DNA of 64,000 nucleotides from Octopus sinensis (taxonomy: Eukaryota). Under the pieces are notes generated by a model. That model did not search any database and was not told the origin of the DNA. It saw only the letters and a list, made by a program, of their open reading frames with translations. The DNA is taken from assembly GCF_006345805.1 (NCBI RefSeq), contig NC_043006.1:2914001-2978000 (forward strand), in the 5' to 3' direction. Below, one piece after another: positions 11,505 to 24,610 of the stretch; positions within the stretch are counted from its first letter, which is position 1, and each line of letters begins with the position of its first letter. The position numbers were made by a program, and so were the translations under genes.

Positions 11505-13297
11505 CACACACTATAACACATACACGATGCGCTCACGTATCTCCATCAGATGTGGAATCATTCTTGTGAAGCGTAGTAGTAATAGTAGTAAGGGCAGGTT
11601 TTCGTTTGGGATTTTTTTGTTTTTGAAGGAATGCTGCTTGTCGTTGTAGTTTGGATATCTCTCTGAAAGAAGAGAATGTTTTGTCTTGCAATATTTGGTT
11701 AGCACCACCGCCTCCCCTTCCTCCTTCTCTCCACCTTTTTGTCTTGTAGGCGACGTAATCTGTGTGGTGGGAGAGACGAGGGCGGAGGGGGAAGAATGAC
11801 TGACTGCTTGGCTAAATACGTTTTGTGTGTGGCTGACTGGTTGCTTGGCTAAACGATGTGTGTGTGTGTGTGTGTGTCTTATCTCACTGGTTGTTTGATT
11901 AAAAACTGTATTTGTCTGTGTGTGTGTGTGTGTGTACATGACTGGTTGCTTCCTTAATTCGTGTATGTGTGTGTGTGCACACGCGAACCTGACTGCTTGC
12001 TTAGTTGAAGCATATGTGTCTAGTTAAATAGTGTGTCTGTGTGTCGGATTGGTTGCTTCGGTTGTATATGTGTGTGTGTGTGTGTGTATAGTTCTTTTGG
12101 CTAATATCTATGCATGTATGTGTGTATGGCGAAATAGGTTTAGTGTGTGTGTGTAGTATATTATCCGTGTCTATCAGCTGTTGGCACTCCCTTAGCTGTA
12201 AGTGCTGGAGCATGACACAGAGAATGGCTGGCTTGTTTATCCAGCTGGTGCAAGACTTCTCTTGTAGCAGTTCGTGGCCTCTTCCCTCCACTAAACATAA
12301 CTGATGCATATGGCGTTGACACAGATAACACATACAGCAGAACTGCACAGCGGATCGCGCTCTCTCACTGCAGCCATTAATACTACTTGGTCGGATCTAC
12401 ATCGGTCCTCGATTCCCACGGTCATTTTCTCTTCGTCTCAGTGTCAGGGTCGCGCTACAAGAACTCGATCAGGTTTATCCCTGTAGACCAGGTGACTTGT
12501 GTTTTAGTCGAGAGAAGAACTGACGGAACCAGGAGCGCGTTAACGATCTCTCTTGCCTCACCCTTTCACTCTGAGGCAGCGTGTGTGTTTGTGTGTCCAT
12601 ACATGTGCATTAGTTGGAAACGCACTGTTGACCTTGTCCGCTACAGCAGTGTTGCTTGACCGGCGATTGTCACCCTCCACTGACGATGACGATGATGATG
12701 GCGGATATACAGCTGTCATGGCTCGATGCACCTTACTTTCTGATGAGGAAACGGGTTACAGTTTACCCAAAGTCAGCCCAACGCATCACTGAACCTCATT
12801 TTCATTATTATTAATATTGTTGTTGTTCCCGTCGTCGTTCCATGCTGTGTCGGAGTTGTCAATAGTAAACCACCACCACTTTGCTTACACACACACACAG
12901 CGCACCTTACTAGCCTGTCTTTCTGCTGTCCGTTTGTGTGTGTTAATGCGTGTGTAAATATATAACAATTTCTAGTCAATTCCCGCTAGACCACATACAA
13001 GCCTACTGTAGCAAAAGAACAGGTACTTCGCTCGCCGATGAGCCAACAGACTCGCACACGCACACATAGAGGAGGAAATTACAACACACACGCACCAGCG
13101 TACGAGTCATGCTTTCTTGCACATTGCCAACTCTGCTTCGATCCGTTTTTGGATTTCGTCCCCCGTTTTTGTAAGCGCTGAACGCTATCTCGGTTTTTAG
13201 CAGCGGTTGCAGCGGCAAACAACTAAAACACTGACACTAACAAATAAGCGGACTATTCTAGTACTAACAACCGACGTTGTCCTTGTCATCCTTTTAG

Positions 13298-13306
13298 GGG
13301 GTAAGT
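13298..13306 (+). other. Candidate 5' splice site GGG|GTAAGT (intron starts at 13301)
   Basis: Perfect +1 to +6 consensus, followed by a long CT-rich tract. Confidence 0.5.
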
Positions 13307-15019
13307 ACTCTCTCTCTTTTATTTACCAACTTCTTTATCAACCTTCCCCCGTCTCTCTCTCTCTCTTTCTCTTTCGTCAGGACTTCTTTGCCTATTACTA
13401 TCTCTTATTAACTTCTACCTTCACTGAGATTCTCTCTCATTTCACCCCTCTCCGTTTCTACGTACCCGAGTATTGTGTGTGTGTGTGGGGGGGGGAAGGG
13501 AGATGGTAAGCAGATAGCATTGTCTTTTTTTGTTTTGTTCTGTTCTCTTCGTTCTCATCCACGCACCCTGTCTCTCCTCTTTCGTATTCCCAAACACTTC
13601 TCAGACGATCATTTGTGTTAAGGCAAGGGGTCGAACTCGACTGGCACTTATTTCATCGAACCCGAAAGGACGAACGGCAAAGTCTAATAATAATAATAAT
13701 AATCGCCACAGTCCTTATATCGTAACTTGGTATAGAATTTCCACGCTGCCCCTAACCAATGAAAGGCAGAGTTGACCCCTTCGCAATTTCAGCAATACCT
13801 AAACTAAGCACGGAAAAGGCTCTTAAATGTGGTACTCCTTTTTGCCTAAACTCTTTGCTGTCTCAACGAGTTCTACTACAGACGGTGAATACGATTTAGG
13901 AATTACTGGAGAACAGTTGCAAGTTTTGACCAAAAGAAGGGGTGCTGCTCAAATGTCAGTGTTTGACGGAATTTCGAGGCCAGGGTAATTGACCCTGGCT
14001 CGGGTCCTTTCTTCCAGTTGTGCTTGGATTAAAAAGAAAAAAGGACAGGATTTCTACATTGTTTTGGTTTATTCATTCTATCTCTCCCTTCCGAGCAAAC
14101 GGAATATGCTATTATAGTCAATCTGTCCCTTTTTTCCCCCTTCTTTTAGACCGTGATTATTCCTCTCAGCTCTTCTACTTTCGTCCTTCACTTCCTCTTC
14201 TCTCTCTCTCTCTCTCATCTGAATTTCTTCCTCGCCACCGTCGCACTCTCTCTCTCTCTCTCTCATTTGTACACGTCTTCTCTGATTGCTCTGTTAAGTC
14301 GACTTAATCCCTTTCCTTGTTCCCTCCACTCTTCTCCTATAATCCCTGTTTTTTCCTTAGTTATATCTTTTGTTGTCTACCCCCCTCCATCATCAATTTC
14401 CACCCATCACCGGGTACGTGCACTCACCCCCCTCCTCCTCCTCACAGCCACATCCATTGTTTTCATTTTGTTTATTTTCGTTTATCTCATCCCCCCACCC
14501 CTCCGACTTTGGAACCCCCCCACTCTCTCTTTCTCCCTTTCTTTCTCTCTCTCTCTCCTCATATATATAATGTGTGTGTGTGTGTGCGTATATATTTAAT
14601 CTGCTACGTATTTCATTTTGCGCATACTTCTGTTTACACATGTGTTCACATGTGTAGAAGTGTTTACCTCCGCAACTGCATGTGTGTGCGTGTGCGTGTG
14701 ACCTATTGAGTTTTTATTGATCTGATTGATTATTTTTTTCGCATTGCTTTCTCTTAAAAAAAAAAATGAAACTCTTCATGTCTATACAACCGTTTACGTA
14801 TACCTATGTATGCTGCTACAACCACACTGACTCTGTGTGTGTGTGTGTGCCTGGGTTTATATAACACTAACTCTTCTGTGTGATATGTGGCCAAGTGTGT
14901 CTGCTTCTGTCTAACTAAATAGGCGTGTGTCTGTCTTGGATAATGCATGTGGGTGTTTGTCATTGTGGGTGTTTGTGTCTTTCTAACCTTGTATACGCGT
15001 GTGGGAGCTAGCTATTTAT

Positions 15020-15064
<45 letters not shown>

Positions 15065-15570
15065 GTGTGTGTGTGTGGGTGTGACTGAGTTTAGGTATTG
15101 TGTTCGTGTATAATATGTATGCGCAATCAGTTGGGTGACTAGATGCATATATATATACGTGACCCGATGGACTGTTTATGTGTGTGTGTGTTCAACTGTA
15201 ACCGTGTGTGTGTGTTCGTCTATAATCGTATGTGTGCGTGTCCATCTACGGTCTATAATCTGTGTGTGTGTGTATGTGTGTGCAGTCGACCATAAGCATA
15301 TGGCTGTGTGTGTGTGTGTGCACGTGTGACGTACCACGTATATTTGTGGTTTCTCAATGGTGTGTGTGTGTGTAATATAATAAACTACTGCTCCAATAAA
15401 GCTTCTTTCATTCACACCTTTTAAAATGGTTTATTGTGGCTGTTATTTCACAAGTTCGTCTCTATAAACTCACATCGCTCTCTCTCTCGCTCTCTCTCTT
15501 TGTCTCGGTTGTGTGAGTAATTTAATACTTGTTTTTTATAGACAAGCGTAAACGAGGAACAAACATTATA

Positions 15571-15579
15571 CAGGTGAGG
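15571..15579 (+). other. Candidate 5' splice site CAG|GTGAGG (intron starts at 15574)
   Basis: Near-consensus donor within the CpG-retaining zone. Confidence 0.4.
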
Positions 15580-16404
15580 GTCAGCCAGTTTTGTTTGTTT
15601 CCTTCTTCATTCCGTAATCTAATGCTCTTCCTCCACACATCACAACCGTCGATTTACTGCCTCTATTCTTCGTCTCTCTCCTCACTCGAACCTTTCTCAT
15701 ATTTTCCCGTCCAATCTGAAATTATTGCCTCCTTACATCTTCTTCACCTTATAATAATATCATTCAGTGTCCATCTCTCTCCGCTTTGCTAAAACAATTG
15801 TTTTATCACGTGCTCATCCCAATATCACCAACGTTTACTAATTAGCGACTCAAATTGGGTTGAGTGAGATTCTATTTTTTCAACTCTCACTCACTCACTC
15901 ACTCTCTGTCTCTCTCTCTCTCACTCTCACTCTCTCTATCTCTCTCTCTCTCGTTCCTGCTTCTATTCCGCTGTTAATGTTTGTTTTAAGGTGACATGTT
16001 TTCTTTATCGTCTTCCGAATTTCGTGTAAATAATCGGAAATAACTTCGTGTTTATGTGTTTGTCTTGTGATATTGTGTGTGTGTATAGTTGTATATATGT
16101 TTCTGTGTGTGTGTCTATATATATATAAGCATTGACACGAGAGAGAAGTGTGTGATCGGCCACTAATACACACCATATTCTCTCCTCCTCTTCGACACAA
16201 ATTCCGCCACGTCTCGTGTTCTCTGATGTCAGTGTATCTTTTGAACGGCCACTTCTGGCGAAATTGTTGTGGTAGGTGTTGATCACTGCCTAAATTTATC
16301 CGTTCCACCTTTCAGCTCGAATTAAATCGGTGTAAACACTTGATGCACCCAACGGGTTTCCGCCAACTATTATTAATCTAATGTTTTATTGAGCCTAACA
16401 CATA

Positions 16405-16459
<55 letters not shown>

Positions 16460-16729
16460 ATCGAAAGGCTGCCTGTATTTCTCTCTGCCCCTTCATTCTC
16501 TCTCAACTTGTTGGACAATTTTATCCAGATCGCTTTGGGTCCAGAGAAATGCTGAGAAGGCCATCCTCACAATTTTGAAATAGACGTAAATACAAGAAAA
16601 TAACATTATTCCACTCTAAATCTCCACCTACCCTCTCAGTTTCACACACGTTACACTTATATATATATATGTATATATATTATATTATATTAGCCAACTT
16701 TTATAAACAATTCTGGAATTTAGACGTTG

Positions 16730-17800
16730 ATTTTGTGTCGAAGTTCAGTCTTTTCTGATCTGATTCTATTAATTCTTCTCTTCTCCAATTCTCTCAGCTA
16801 TGATGTTTTGTTTTTTGTTTTTGCTTTTTGCTTCTGTCAGATAAGTCACCAGAATATTTCTTCATTTAACGATTTTCCCATTGAATCTTCATCCAACAGC
16901 GTTTTGTATCGTTAGGAACAAATATTTTTATATTCTTCTTTCATCAACTTCGTTCGTGTCCTTTACTGCAATCGACATTATATCAAAAGATAGAATTATA
17001 TATCGAAATGTGTCCATTGCTTCAACACCTTTCTTAAATTCTGCAGGCAATGTTGTATACACGCATTTCTCGTTTGTTGACATCAATGACCTAAACAAGA
17101 ATGCATAAACATGATACAAAACTGTACAACAGAGTATATATATATATATATTATTACTCAATTATCTCTATACACCTAAAGAGGTGGCATTGATTTCTGC
17201 TTTAAAGTAGTTCTCCATCCAATTAGAGAAAATTGGTCTGAGATTCCATATTTATTTGCCTTTTTCATATGAAAATATCTTCCATTTGGATTTTACCGAC
17301 AGCAACATAATTAGTTTCGTTTAACCCGGCTCTCTTGGCATTTGCGACCTTCCTGCTTTTTACCTCAACATTTCAAGTCTCTGTTGTCGATTCTGAATTC
17401 GTAACACCTAGAATTTCTGCTTCGATTATACTCCTGGTATTGATTGAACGGCCTTGTCAATATGATACACTTGCTCCACTTAACTTTGGTATCATCAATA
17501 AATTCTGCAAACTCGTCTAAATATGCTGCTGTCAGATCATAATCAGCTAATGTTTTTTTTACATTGCACATTGTTGATGTATACAAAGGCCATTTACGTT
17601 CCTCGTCTTTTCTTTACTATATTGATGATGATAGTTAAGCCTCTGTCTCATAATCTAACATTTCTCATTAGGCTTTTGGTTAAGACAATAAGTGAAAGGA
17701 TTTTTCACCTCTTTGCTAATGAATTAATTACATTAACATTCTTTCTCAATTCTTTGAATGGTGTAATGTCCTTTTGGACTGAGTCAACTGAATAAATTTC
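16730..17800 (-). mobile_element. Highly decayed LINE (RT C-terminal) fragments
   Basis: Minus-strand pieces KGVEAMDTFRYI...EVDERRI and RCWMKIQWENR resemble the RT thumb and downstream region of RTE-like LINEs. Many stops. Confidence 0.45.
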
Positions 17801-18339
17801 TGTTCCCTTAATTTTTTTAAAGAACTTTTAATTTGTCCTTCTTCAATAATAATAATAATAATAATGAATTAACACGATATAACCACAGCTTTACTGATGC
17901 ACCTTTATTTTGATACGTTAGATACTCGGCTTTATCCTCGATATTTTGAACGTGACATTTCCTTTTGGAAATCTTGGGGCATAAACCACCATCTACCGGT
18001 GCTGGGTTGGGAAGAAAGCGTTCGTCAATGGGCTCCATACGAAACAAAGCGAGATTTATAATGTCTGGTAACACTTACTCCTTCGTCTTCATGTTGCTTT
18101 CCATTTGGCTCATCGAAAGATTTATGCTTTGTGCTGCTTGAAAGTCAGCATATAAATCGACAAGTACTTAGTCACCCTGATGTTTACAACCAACCTATAA
18201 TGTAGTTAGATAGGATAACATCTTGAGATGTCTTTGCTAAGACACACTGCTACACCACTGGGCACATGAACCATTGACTCGTATCGAAAGTAGGTGGCAT
18301 TAACTTTGGTTTAGCTAGCTGCAATTCTCATAAGTACAC

Positions 18340-18930
18340 AGATTGTGTTTTCTTCATCATCATCAATTTACGTCTGTTTTTCTATGTTTGCATGGGTTGG
18401 ATGGGTTTTCTTCATACAGTATCCATCACTTGTTGCATTCCTTTATCATAAGAGCTGAAGTTGAGCCTCCTGAAAGTAGCTTCCATTATTTCCTGTCCGT
18501 CCCTTCCGCTTGTTCCTTCTTCAGGAATCTTCTGGCACTTCTTTACCCATCTCCTCCTTACATGTGATTCTTCTTGCACCTAACTTTTTTCTCTCAGCTC
18601 ATCTGTGCCTCATTGTTCACGTCCACATCCAGTGGTTCATGCTTCATTTCCCTCCAACCAATGCATGTCTTGCATTCACCTCATACCTTACAGCCAAACA
18701 GTTTGTGCACCAAGCACTGTACAATCCACTCTTGGCTCAACAGAATCCTCTTCTGGCCAGCAGAAGCTACCTCAATTTTCCCTCTCTATTCTTAACCTGG
18801 TTACTATGCTTTCCAAGCAGCTTAACAACTACAAGTTTGTATTAAGAACAACAACTGGATATTTGATAGTGATTCCCCACCTTCTTCTACATTTATTAAA
18901 AAAAGAAAAAAGACAACTTAATAGGCTGAA
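18340..18930 (-). mobile_element. 3' fragment of an RTE-clade LINE
   Basis: Minus-strand pieces ESIVTRLRI, KSGLYSA and DMHWLEGNEA match the RTE ORF2 C-terminus. It ends in CATCCAACCCATGCAAACATAGAAAAACAGACGTAAATTGATGATGATG, the tail also seen on family F SINEs. Confidence 0.65.
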
Positions 18931-19485
18931 AATCTAAATCAACTATGGCTGTTCTTTCTTTAAATTACTGTCTGTTATTGTACACTAAGTCACCATCATT
19001 CACAGTATCCTTGGTTTAGTTCAGATCTGATTTTATTGTTTTGCTTATCCTGGCCATGTTTGATTAGAGGTTGAGCTGGATGGGCCAGTCCATAAGTTGG
19101 TAGGAATGTTTGGTTTGAACTTGGGAAAGACAGGCCACCTCATAAGCTAATAGGGGTATCTTTATTTGAGAAAGATACTCGTCTGCTATTATTAGGCCAA
19201 GGGACTTATGTTGGCCTAACAAAGATGACAGTTCCAACTTTCTTTAAGAGGGCTTGCATATTAGTGAAATGAACGCCTCCACAAATGTAGATATCAAAAT
19301 GAACTACTTTATGTAAATTTTACCAGAAATGCCTGCAGTTGTAGGTGTGTTACACTGGCTTTCCTTGATGTGTGGCTCTGCCTTATCCCATTGGCAAGTA
19401 ACTGTAGGCACTCCTATACAGTACCTGGCCAAGACAGATACCTGCTCTATCACTATCAAGTTTGTTCCTGGCACCTGATCTATCG

Positions 19486-19672
19486 CAGTGCTCTGCAACC
19501 AGTATGCTGTGGCACACTAATGTGCCATGAGACGGTGCTAGGTGTGCTGCAGTGTAATCTGAATATAATTCCCCCCCCCTATACTTTTAGTTGTATTTTT
19601 AGTTCAGCTGTGCTGCCAAATGTTTAAAAGAATGTAAGTGTACCCCAAGTGGAAAAAGGCTTCAGAGCACTG
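19486..19672. mobile_element. hAT-type MITE
   Basis: TIRs CAGTGCTCTGCAACC and GGCTTCAGAGCACTG, with internal GGCACACTAATGTGCC. The 8-bp flanks ATCTATCG and ATCTACCA match at 6/8. Confidence 0.7.
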
Positions 19673-20759
19673 ATCTACCAAAAGTAGATGCATCTGTGGG
19701 ACCTGCTAAGTTCACTCAGTGTCTTTGAGCCGTTCATCTTTATTACACTTGGTTGTGTCAAACTTGTCATAGTTTCAGGGTGAGCTAGCAGAGTATCTAT
19801 AAAATAACTGGTCCCCTTCTTCATTGTAGCAGCTAAACCTTGCACTCTTGAATCTACATTGTTCTTAAAAACTAGTATTAGGTTCAGTCAAACAGAGCTG
19901 AAGTACTGACTAGTGCTAATCATCATCCTCATCATCATCACTATCATTCTCTTCATCATCACCACAACCACCATCATCTTTTCAAAGGTAATGCCTCTCA
20001 AAGACTTAAGAGTCATCATCATATTATTTCTGGTTTCCATACAGGTATGTGTTGGACAAGTTGCCAATGTCCAAACCAAGCCTCATTCAGAGTTGCTGTC
20101 CTTGTAAACAGGCTGGAGGAGTCCATGTGACACTTGTACATTTTATTTTGGTCTTATGGCCAGCTTCCCTCCTTCCTGACACCAACCACTTCACCAAGCA
20201 CACTGGAGGCATTTTGTCATGGTATCAACATTAGTGAAGTTCTCTTGCCCTCAGCAAGGTTAAAAAGGGGGGGTCCTCTTGGCTCTAAATTGTTTCAACT
20301 TGTTCACCGACTACTGTATAAAAGAGAGAGAGAGAGAGAAAGCATGCACGCAATGAAAGAGTGATAGAAAAAGAGTAAGGCCGGGGAAGGTTCTAGCCAA
20401 TCTCTGTGTGTTTTTTTTGTTGTTTTTGTTTTTAATAAACAAATACAGTTGTTTCCGTATTAAATTTACTAACTTCATGAAACGAATTATCCTGGAAAAA
20501 TTGTACTCATTGGTTTACAATAATGTACCACTAAACTGATGGTAGGGTGTGATTTAAGGGAGGCATGACTGTTGTTTCTTGCATATCAAGCAGTCATGGC
20601 AAGACTATCTCATTGGCATTGTTTTCTTTCTCAATACCATTGCCATGGAAACATAAAATAGTTAGTTTTGCACTTTAGAGGAACAGTACATTAATTAATT
20701 TAGTTTGTTTTTAATAAGCATTTTTGTACTAAAAATTAAAAGTATTATCATTGCTGTTG

Positions 20760-20825
<66 letters not shown>

Positions 20826-23104
20826 GTATGTATATATATATATGTGTATGTATGTATATTGCACATATTAGAGAATAATATAAAGCTGGATGTATGTTTG
20901 TGAGTACAAGTGTGTAGCGTATTGTTATGTGCTGTGCTGTTGCATTGTTGACTGCTTAAACCTGGTTTTGATTTCCTGCTGGTTGTAGTATTTCACATCA
21001 AAAACATATGAACCTAATGTCATTCTCTTCCACTATTTAACCTTTATGTTTAAGAAAGTAGTTAGTCTTTCAAGAAATACTTATACTGATACAGACTTTT
21101 AATCTTTTTGTATATTATTATTATTATTTTTGTAGTCTGGAAAACATTTTTGAATTTAGGAAAATGGATAGAATGTAATTAATTGGTCAGTTTTTTTTTT
21201 TTTCTGTTTCCTTGTCTGAGCAGGTACTTTTATAACGAGCAATATATTTTAAGTTAATGATTTCAGATTGCATGTAGTAACTGAAGTGTCTTCACCCCCA
21301 ACCACCTCCATGCAACTTGTTATTTTAGTTATTTTGGCTTATTCTTAAAGATTTTTCCACTTTGACAGAAATGGTCAAGTATCTAGTCTGAATAGTTGAT
21401 ATCAACTGCCTGTTGCTTAATGGAGTTTTATTTTTAAATTTTAATTGAAACATGATAACAATGCCACCAATAGTATTTATTTTCCAAAATAAAATTTTGG
21501 CTTTCATTTGAGAATTTCAGTATAAATCAGCAAAGAACATGTCAGATTCTACAGAGTTTGTTCTGACATGGAGCCAATTGTTTGTCTGGCTTTGGTTCCT
21601 TCAATTCATGACTCAACAGCATTCTGCTAAAAGTCATCTGTCTTGTATATGTAAACAGTTTTCGTCTTTCTGGGAATACTTAGGAAGACTTTAGTGAATT
21701 CCAAGTTAAGGAGAATACATGACCACTGAGTGACCGAAGTGACTTGACACTTAGAATTTTTCTTTTCAGTTAGAACATTCCCCCAAATCAATAGAATTGA
21801 GTCATATAACCCCTCCTCCCTCTCTTTCTCTCCTTCTCTCCCTCTCTGTCTGTCAGTCTGTCTAACTGTCTCTCTCAGGTGTAGACACGTCCCTCATAAA
21901 AATTTTGACATGTAGAATTTAGTGTTTGTTTAAAGGAAAAAGAATAAAAGTTAATTTTACATTCTCTCAGAGAACTTAGTCCAGTAAACCATCAAATATA
22001 TTTTATTTGTGTGTGTGTTTTTTAACCAAAATAATTTTTAAAGTCTTTACATGCATATTTGCATAATAATATCACTTCATACTCTGTTGACTGTGATAAT
22101 TATTAAGTCATTAACCTACAACTTGTGTTGTCCATCTTATCTTAATCAAGTTTTCAAAACATGAAAGGTATTTTTAAAAAAGTGTTCTAATGTTGAGGAA
22201 TAAGACATTCTCTGATTGATATCGAAATAAGATTATAATCTTCCTCACTGTTAGCCTTATCTTTAAAGTGTATATTTACAATACTTAACAATAACTGTAC
22301 ATATACTAGAATTTTTAGGTCTACACTGTCTCAGTCTGCTTGAACCCTTTTTTGTCACTGAAATTGGTCTCCAAGCCAAGTACAATTGGAAATCAAAGTT
22401 ATTAAAAGTTAGTGTAGATGTAAATATCATGATTGCATATATATTCCAAAGATGAGGTTGACAGACTGGAAAATTATAACCGTAGTAAGCAAATCGTCTT
22501 AGATATTTAGTGATTAATTATTGTGTTGAAATATTCTGTAATTAAACTGATGCCGCTGATTATCAGTTATATGGATGGGTCTCTAGTTTCACTTTGATTC
22601 TTGCCTGTGTGGTTTTTATGACTAACCTATCTTTGTTACTCTTTGTTAAAGTGGGAAAAGGCAGCATCCGAGAACTTTGCAAGGCCTCTCAGACAGCAGG
22701 AGATGTAAAGAGAGAGGAAAGAAACCATGCTGTGGTTAATTACTCTGAGATGCCATCCTCTTGTAAAACAATATTTAGAGTAGCTAATGTTTCTTTTGAA
22801 CTGTTTACAGTTATTATTAAATAGCTGTGAATGGGTTGCAATGGACTGCAGCTCAGTTCAGGGAGGGTTGATATGATGTTCATTATTGAGCTTTTGGAGG
22901 GAATCAACAGCCCTTCATTGAATAGATGTAGCTTTTTTTAGGATTATCACATAGAAACATTTCAAAGTGTATGTGCACACACGAACACACGCACTCACAC
23001 GTACACACGCACTCACACGTACACACACACACATGTATATATAAAGACATCACTTGAGTGGTGAACTGAGGTCAAAGAAATGATTATTGTGCTTGTTAAT
23101 ATTG

Positions 23105-23325
23105 GCTTCAAATTTTGATAGAAGGCCAGCAATTTCAAGGGAGGTGGGTGGGGGTAGTTGATTACATCAGTTCCTGTACTCAATTGATACTTATTTTATC
23201 AACCCTGAAAGGATGAAAGGCAAAGTTGGCCTTGGCAAAATTTGAACTCAGAATGTAAAGACAGAGGAAAGGCTCCTCATCATTTTGCCCAACATGCTAA
23301 CCGTCTCTGCCAGCTTGCTGTCTTG
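23105..23325 (-). mobile_element. SINE family D, CpG-decayed
   Basis: AAGGCCAGCAATTTC...GATGAAAGGCAAAGTTGGCC...TTTGAACTCAGAATGTAAAG. Confidence 0.75.
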
Positions 23326-23672
23326 GATATTGGAGGGATATCTGTGTCCAGTATGGCAAAGAGATGCATAATAATATAACTTTCACTAAAGTCAGTATTT
23401 TCTTCAGATTGTACCTTTCAGGAAAAGATGATAGAGTTTGTGTTTTATAGAAACGACTGGTCTTGTACAACACCTCTTTAGCCCTTCAGTCTTCATTATT
23501 ACAAGGCCATTGTGATAAAGTCTTAAACAGTATACAGAAATCAGACGAGTGAATGTCTTGTTTTTATCTGTAATGATGTCAAAAGAGTCTTTCACAAAAT
23601 ATTCCATATGTGGTTTGATTTTGTCAAAAAGTATTTTTGATCACTGCACTGGGTACCTTTTCCTTGACCATT

Positions 23673-24010
23673 GTATGGCTGTGTGGTGGAGAAGCTTGCT
23701 TTGCAACTTCATGGTTTCTGGTTCAGCTCCACTGCATGTCACCTTTGGCGAGTGTCAGAAGCTGACCAAAGCCTTGTGAGTGGATTTGGTTGATGGAAAC
23801 TGAAAGTAGCTCATGTGTATGTGTGTGTGTGTGCATTTATGTTTCCTCGCCTTGACATCACTATCATGTAAGTGGTGTCCCCTGTTTCCAGTCTTCTATG
23901 AACACCTGTCCAGCCATGGGGAAACATTACCTTGGATGGAAACAGGTGAAGCTTGGCAACAAACATGGGCATCGGACTGTAGAAAAGCTGTCACAATCAT
24001 CTCTGTCTGA
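23673..24010 (+). mobile_element. SINE family A head with variant 3' body
   Basis: TGGCTGTGTGG...GGTTCAGCTCCACTGCA...CAAAGCCTTGTGAGTGGATTTGG. Confidence 0.7.
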
Positions 24011-24288
24011 CTTCTGGAAAAGGGGACATTACAATGATGAGAACAACATCAGTTCTCATCTAAGCTGCTGGGTTTAAAAGTATCCCCTGATAAGTCTGTA
24101 TGTCTTATCTCTTGACCTTCTGTTTCCTTTTCTTCTCTCTTGTACCAACTAATCAGCCATCATATAACTACATATATATATCTCATCCTTCTCACTCTAC
24201 TCTGTTTTCTAACTCATCCATTTCCTGTTTTATCAGTTTTATGACTCTTCCACCCAATCTATGCCTCACTGTATAATATATGTTATAT

Positions 24289-24610
24289 AAGACCCCCTTT
24301 GGTCACAAATGACCATGGGATTGCACCTAGGAAGTTGCCCTGCAAGGCACAAGTCCAGACAAGGTTGTTTATGGAAGACCAACAGTTACCCATGCAAACC
24401 AGCTTCCCCTGATGATGTCCAGGAAAGGCAAAGGGGCCGATACAGCTTGGCACCAGTGATGTGACAACTCATCTCTAGAGCTGAATGAACTGGAGCAATG
24501 TGAAATAAAGTGTCTTGCTCAAGAATACAACACAGAGCCTGGTCTGGGAGTCAAACTCACTACCTCATGATTGTAAGCCTGATGCTACTCTAAACCAGAG
24601 ACATGCATCT
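24289..24610 (-). mobile_element. SINE family C, near full length, CpG-decayed
   Basis: Reverse complement of the 1444 copy, including the segment deleted there. Confidence 0.8.

Larger units (their letters stand above)
10300..16400 (+). promoter_or_regulatory. Probable promoter and alternative first-exon region of the large plus-strand gene
   Basis: CpG-retaining unique sequence with GC boxes GGGCGG (10626, 11780) and CATGCGCA (10351). Plus-strand donors at 13301, 13506, 15574 and 16272; those at 13301, 13506 and 15574 are followed by CT/GT/T-rich tracts. CpG depletion begins downstream. The TSS cannot be located. Confidence 0.5.

Noticed and set aside
12740-12790. Other CTGATGA hammerhead-like starts (12740, 48317, ~8520, ~24410)
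   Set aside because: None has a stem II followed by GAAA plus a matching stem I. At 12740, GAAAC follows after one base, leaving no stem II.
11511-16308. Many 60-150 aa ORFs (HTHT, CVCV, YIYI, ERER, LSLS) here and throughout the window
   Set aside because: They are translations of dinucleotide microsatellites, which lack stop codons.
21860-21890. Other AG|GT recursive-splice candidates (21878, 37815, 53236, 59173)
   Set aside because: Short motifs expected by chance in ~45 kb of T-rich intron, with weak donors or short pyrimidine tracts.
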